Shown piece by piece: positions 25,266 through 28,109 of a stretch of DNA of 28,109 nt. Position numbers and translations under genes: made by a program. Under the pieces are notes generated by a model. It was given only the letters and a program-made list of their open reading frames with translations, was not told the origin of the DNA and ran no database searches. Position 1 is the stretch's first letter. Each line of letters opens with the position of its first letter. Source of the stretch: an uncultured Methanosarcinales archaeon (GTDB lineage Archaea > Nanobdellota > Nanobdellia > Woesearchaeales > GW2011-AR4); contig CAYHTH010000001.1 in assembly GCA_964359525.1 (NCBI GenBank), positions 1 through 28,109 of the forward strand. The letters run 5' to 3'.

Positions 25266-25341
25266 CGCAAATTCGCCGAGAATTTGCGGGATTGAAAATT
25301 ATCGGACTAAAGTCCAAGGTATTATACCGACAATTTTCAAT
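25266..25341. repeat. Two further adjacent hairpins
   Basis: CGCAAATTC 25266-25274 / GAATTTGCG 25280-25288; ATTGAAAATTATCGG 25291-25305 / CCGACAATTTTCAAT 25327-25341 (15 bp, one A-C, 21-nt loop). Confidence 0.75.
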
Positions 25342-25378
25342 AATAAGCTTTAAAAACAGGTTATGATTTTTGCTTCTT

Positions 25379-26278
25379 ATGGATGAAATTATGATTACAG
25401 GCACGGTTGCGCTTGATACTATTCAGACACCCTTCGGAAAAGTCGAAAAAGCGCTTGGAGGCAGTGCGGCATACGCTTCTTTTGCCGCCAGTTTTTTTTC
25501 AAAGCCGAATATTTTGTCCGTGGTGGGCAATGATTTTCCGAAAGAATACATTGAACTGCTGAAGAAAAGGCAGATTAATCTTGACGGACTTCAGATAACC
25601 GGAAAAACTTTTCACTGGGAAGGTTTTTACGAATTTGATATGAATGAAGCCAAGACAAAAAAAACAGAGCTCAATTCTCTTGCAGATTTCAGGATAAAGA
25701 TGCCTGAAAATTATAAAGAAACCAAATATGTTTTCCTGGCGAATATTGATCCGGATTTGCAGCTTGAAACCCTGAACCAGATAAAAAAGCCAAAATTTAT
25801 TGTGATGGATACAATGAATTTTTGGATAAGCGGCAAGAAAAAATCTTTAATTGATTTGATAAAAAAAGTTGATGTTCTGCTTCTTAACGACGGTGAAGCA
25901 AGGCAACTGTTTAATACCGCTAGTCTGGTTAAAGCATCAAAAGAAGCCCTCAAATTAGGCCCAAAAGCGGTCATAATAAAAAAAGGCGAGCATGGCTCTT
26001 TGCTATTTACAAAAGACAAGCACTTTAGCGCACCTGGATATCCTTTGGAAGAAATAAAAGATCCAACCGGATGTGGTGATTGTTTTGGAGGGGCATTTAT
26101 TGGATATCTTGCAAAAACAGGAGATTTAAGCGAATCTAACATGAGAAAAGCAGTTATTTATGGAAGCGTGGTTGCATCCTATAATGCAGAGGATTTCAGC
26201 TTGAATAGATTAAAGACATTAACAATGAGTGATATTGAGAAAAGATACAAAGAATTTAAGGATATAAGAGAATTCTAA
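25379..26278 (+). CDS. PfkB-family sugar/nucleoside kinase
   Basis: ITGTVALDTI, LGGSAAYAS, IIKKGEHGS, DPTGCGDCFGG. ATG at 25379 (track start TTG 25370). Confidence 0.92.
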   Translation: MDEIMITGTVALDTIQTPFGKVEKALGGSAAYASFAASFFSKPNILSVVGNDFPKEYIELLKKRQINLDGLQITGKTFHWEGFYEFDMNEAKTKKTELNSLADFRIKMPENYKETKYVFLANIDPDLQLETLNQIKKPKFIVMDTMNFWISGKKKSLIDLIKKVDVLLLNDGEARQLFNTASLVKASKEALKLGPKAVIIKKGEHGSLLFTKDKHFSAPGYPLEEIKDPTGCGDCFGGAFIGYLAKTGDLSESNMRKAVIYGSVVASYNAEDFSLNRLKTLTMSDIEKRYKEFKDIREF

Positions 26279-26358
26279 AATTGATAATTAAGTTTTTGTG
26301 CAGACCATTGATCTATTTTTAATATAATAAACTTGGCAACATTGCTGATTTAAAAAAA

Positions 26359-28107
26359 TTAATCTTTCCAGTATTGTTTTGTATTTGTAAAAATTTTGTC
26401 TTGAATTACTTTTCCCGTTACCGGCGAGCTGCTTGTCCCAGAAGAGCCTGAACTGGAAGAACCTGTAGTTGATGTTTGCTGCACTGTGCTATCATAGCAA
26501 TTCTGGTCTATCCATTTCATGACATCCTGTTTTGTTATCTTCTTTATTGGCGGCTCTTTGTCCAAATCGCTTGGGTGCTTACCGAGATAAGCCAAAACAA
26601 CTTCATCGTATGAATAAGATGGTTTCGTTGGTGTTGTGGATGGTGGCGTTGGTGTTGTCTTAGTTTGTGACGCTACAACATTTCCAAATATGCCTACGAT
26701 TGAAGCTGTCTTTTTTGAAGATGATTTAGCATTTTTTGAAGAGGATTGTGCCTTTTCCGCTACGGCTGATTTGCTTGCAGCGCTGCCGTACTGCACCGAG
26801 TAATCTTGCCCTGGTAATGAGACTATAAGCAGGTTTTCCCTTGTCCATGCGAATACCTGTGAACCGCCGTCAGATACTACATAAACAAGATTTCCATCTA
26901 TAGTCTGGGTGTAATAACTAACCCCTATCAATGCATTATTCAAAAATTCAAATAAGGCTTCCCTGCTTCCAAAAACATAAACAAATGCATTATTGCTTAA
27001 CTCTCCAGTTGAATAATAAGCGCCGTAAATGTCATCAATACCTTGGGAGTTATATGATATATGTATGGCACTGGCACTTTCAAGCTTATACATTCCTATA
27101 TCATTCAAAATGAGGTATTTGCCTGCCTTTTCCTTGTCTAAAACTGAAAATGAAGTGTAGGCATTGCTATTAAAATCTCCAGTAGCTACATTTACATTAT
27201 AATATCCTTCATAAGATGTATTGGCAAAAATTCCTTTGTAAGTGCAAGTTAGTGGTACGTTAGAATTAGTTTTGGCAAGGTTGCATGCTGATGGAGTCAT
27301 TGTCACTTTTGTGCCTTGATAATTAGGATTTTGGACTTCTGCTATAAGGGTCTCAGGAAAACCTGCTGAAGAGGTAGCTGTAGCACTTATTGAAACTTTT
27401 TCATTCAAACCATAAAACTGCTTGTCTGTTTCAACTTTATCAACAGTGACACCGGAAGATTGCATGCAAGCTCCGTCCTTGCAGCCGTTGGGGCACTGAT
27501 AGCCATAACTCATTAGTTTGTCATCTTCTGAGCAATATCCTTCATTCAGTTGCTTCTTATTAGCACATATGTCATAATAAGTAGTGTAAGGGACACCATC
27601 AGTTCTAGGATAACATGCTGGGTCATTATTTGCACCACAAATATATGCTAGTGTTGAGTCCCCTTGATAATCACCGGTAGCTGTGCCTTTAACATTATAA
27701 TTTTGACCGCCGTCGGAATCTGTGCATTTGTTTTCGCAGTCCTGCGGACATGTTCCTTCTTTACAAGCTTTTAATGTTTGGCAGGGATTATTCTTATCAT
27801 AAACACACGGCGGGCAATCACCAGCTTCTCCTTCCTCGCAGATTCCATTGCCGCAAGTTGTTGGAACGCATTTTCCATCAACACATGATTGTTTTGGGCA
27901 AGGCGCCTGAACGCAGTTAATTGGAGGGCAATCCTTATCAGAAGTGCATTCTGCTTTCTTGGCGCAAACCTGCTGATAATCATCGCAGCAGTCGCCGTAA
28001 GTGGTGCATGCAGTATCACAAAAACATTCTGATACCTGGCTTTTATCATTGCAGTAATTGCCTCCTTTGGGATTTACGCATGTGCCTGCTTTTGCATCAA
28101 CAAAATA
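26359..28107 (-). CDS. 5'-truncated Cys-rich surface/secreted protein with a somatomedin-B-like domain, CGNGIC and CTDSDGG modules and a Ser/Thr-rich C-terminus
   Basis: The frame of the 384-aa track ORF stays open from 27513 to the window edge; hand translation gives YFVDAKAGTCVNPKGGNYCNDKSQVSECFCDTACTTYGDCCDDYQQVCAKKAECTSDKDCPP...CGNGICEEGE...CTDSDGGQNYNVKG...LMSYGYQC. Confidence 0.85.
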   Translation of the reverse strand, partial: YFVDAKAGTCVNPKGGNYCNDKSQVSECFCDTACTTYGDCCDDYQQVCAKKAECTSDKDCPPINCVQAPCPKQSCVDGKCVPTTCGNGICEEGEAGDCPPCVYDKNNPCQTLKACKEGTCPQDCENKCTDSDGGQNYNVKGTATGDYQGDSTLAYICGANNDPACYPRTDGVPYTTYYDICANKKQLNEGYCSEDDKLMSYGYQCPNGCKDGACMQSSGVTVDKVETDKQFYGLNEKVSISATATSSAGFPETLIAEVQNPNYQGTKVTMTPSACNLAKTNSNVPLTCTYKGIFANTSYEGYYNVNVATGDFNSNAYTSFSVLDKEKAGKYLILNDIGMYKLESASAIHISYNSQGIDDIYGAYYSTGELSNNAFVYVFGSREALFEFLNNALIGVSYYTQTIDGNLVYVVSDGGSQVFAWTRENLLIVSLPGQDYSVQYGSAASKSAVAEKAQSSSKNAKSSSKKTASIVGIFGNVVASQTKTTPTPPSTTPTKPSYSYDEVVLAYLGKHPSDLDKEPPIKKITKQDVMKWIDQNCYDSTVQQTSTTGSSSSGSSGTSSSPVTGKVIQDKIFTNTKQYWKD

Positions 28108-28109
28108 AA

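Noticed and set aside
26400-26780. Ser/Thr/Pro-rich repeats (TTPTPPSTTPTKP, TTGSSSSGSSGTSSS)
   Set aside because: Ordinary low-complexity linkers of a surface protein, not a DNA repeat element.
27771-28049. 92-aa minus-strand ORF in the track
   Set aside because: Alternate frame of the Cys-rich surface protein, whose frame is continuous with 26359-27513.

Overview
Chromosomal segment of an archaeon, most likely DPANN/Woesearchaeota-type. This is inferred from aRF1, aIF5A, an archaeal histone, L40e, archaeal TopA and a Cys-rich CTDSDGG surface protein. Most of the window is housekeeping genes (translation, tRNA methylation, PEP synthase, protein repair, two PfkB kinases, TopA), plus a PIN/RHH toxin-antitoxin pair, a de novo NAD operon (nadA-nadC-nadX) and a block of secreted hydrolases. 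The most unusual signals are: (1) a ~250-nt intergenic element that folds into two perfect four-way junctions with a 9-bp kissing loop and a pseudoknot; (2) three ~90-nt ATAG-initiated tandem-hairpin elements with the same geometry but different stem sequences, one apparently translated in frame at the start of nadC; (3) an NAD-kinase-like protein with a degenerate GGDG motif fused to a winged HTH, divergent from the NAD operon; (4) a 50-aa, 66% Asp/Glu microprotein missed by the ORF track; (5) a somatomedin-B-like domain in a 5'-truncated surface protein. No rRNA, tRNA, CRISPR array or transposase was seen. All structure calls are from reading the sequence by hand; no searches or folding programs were run.
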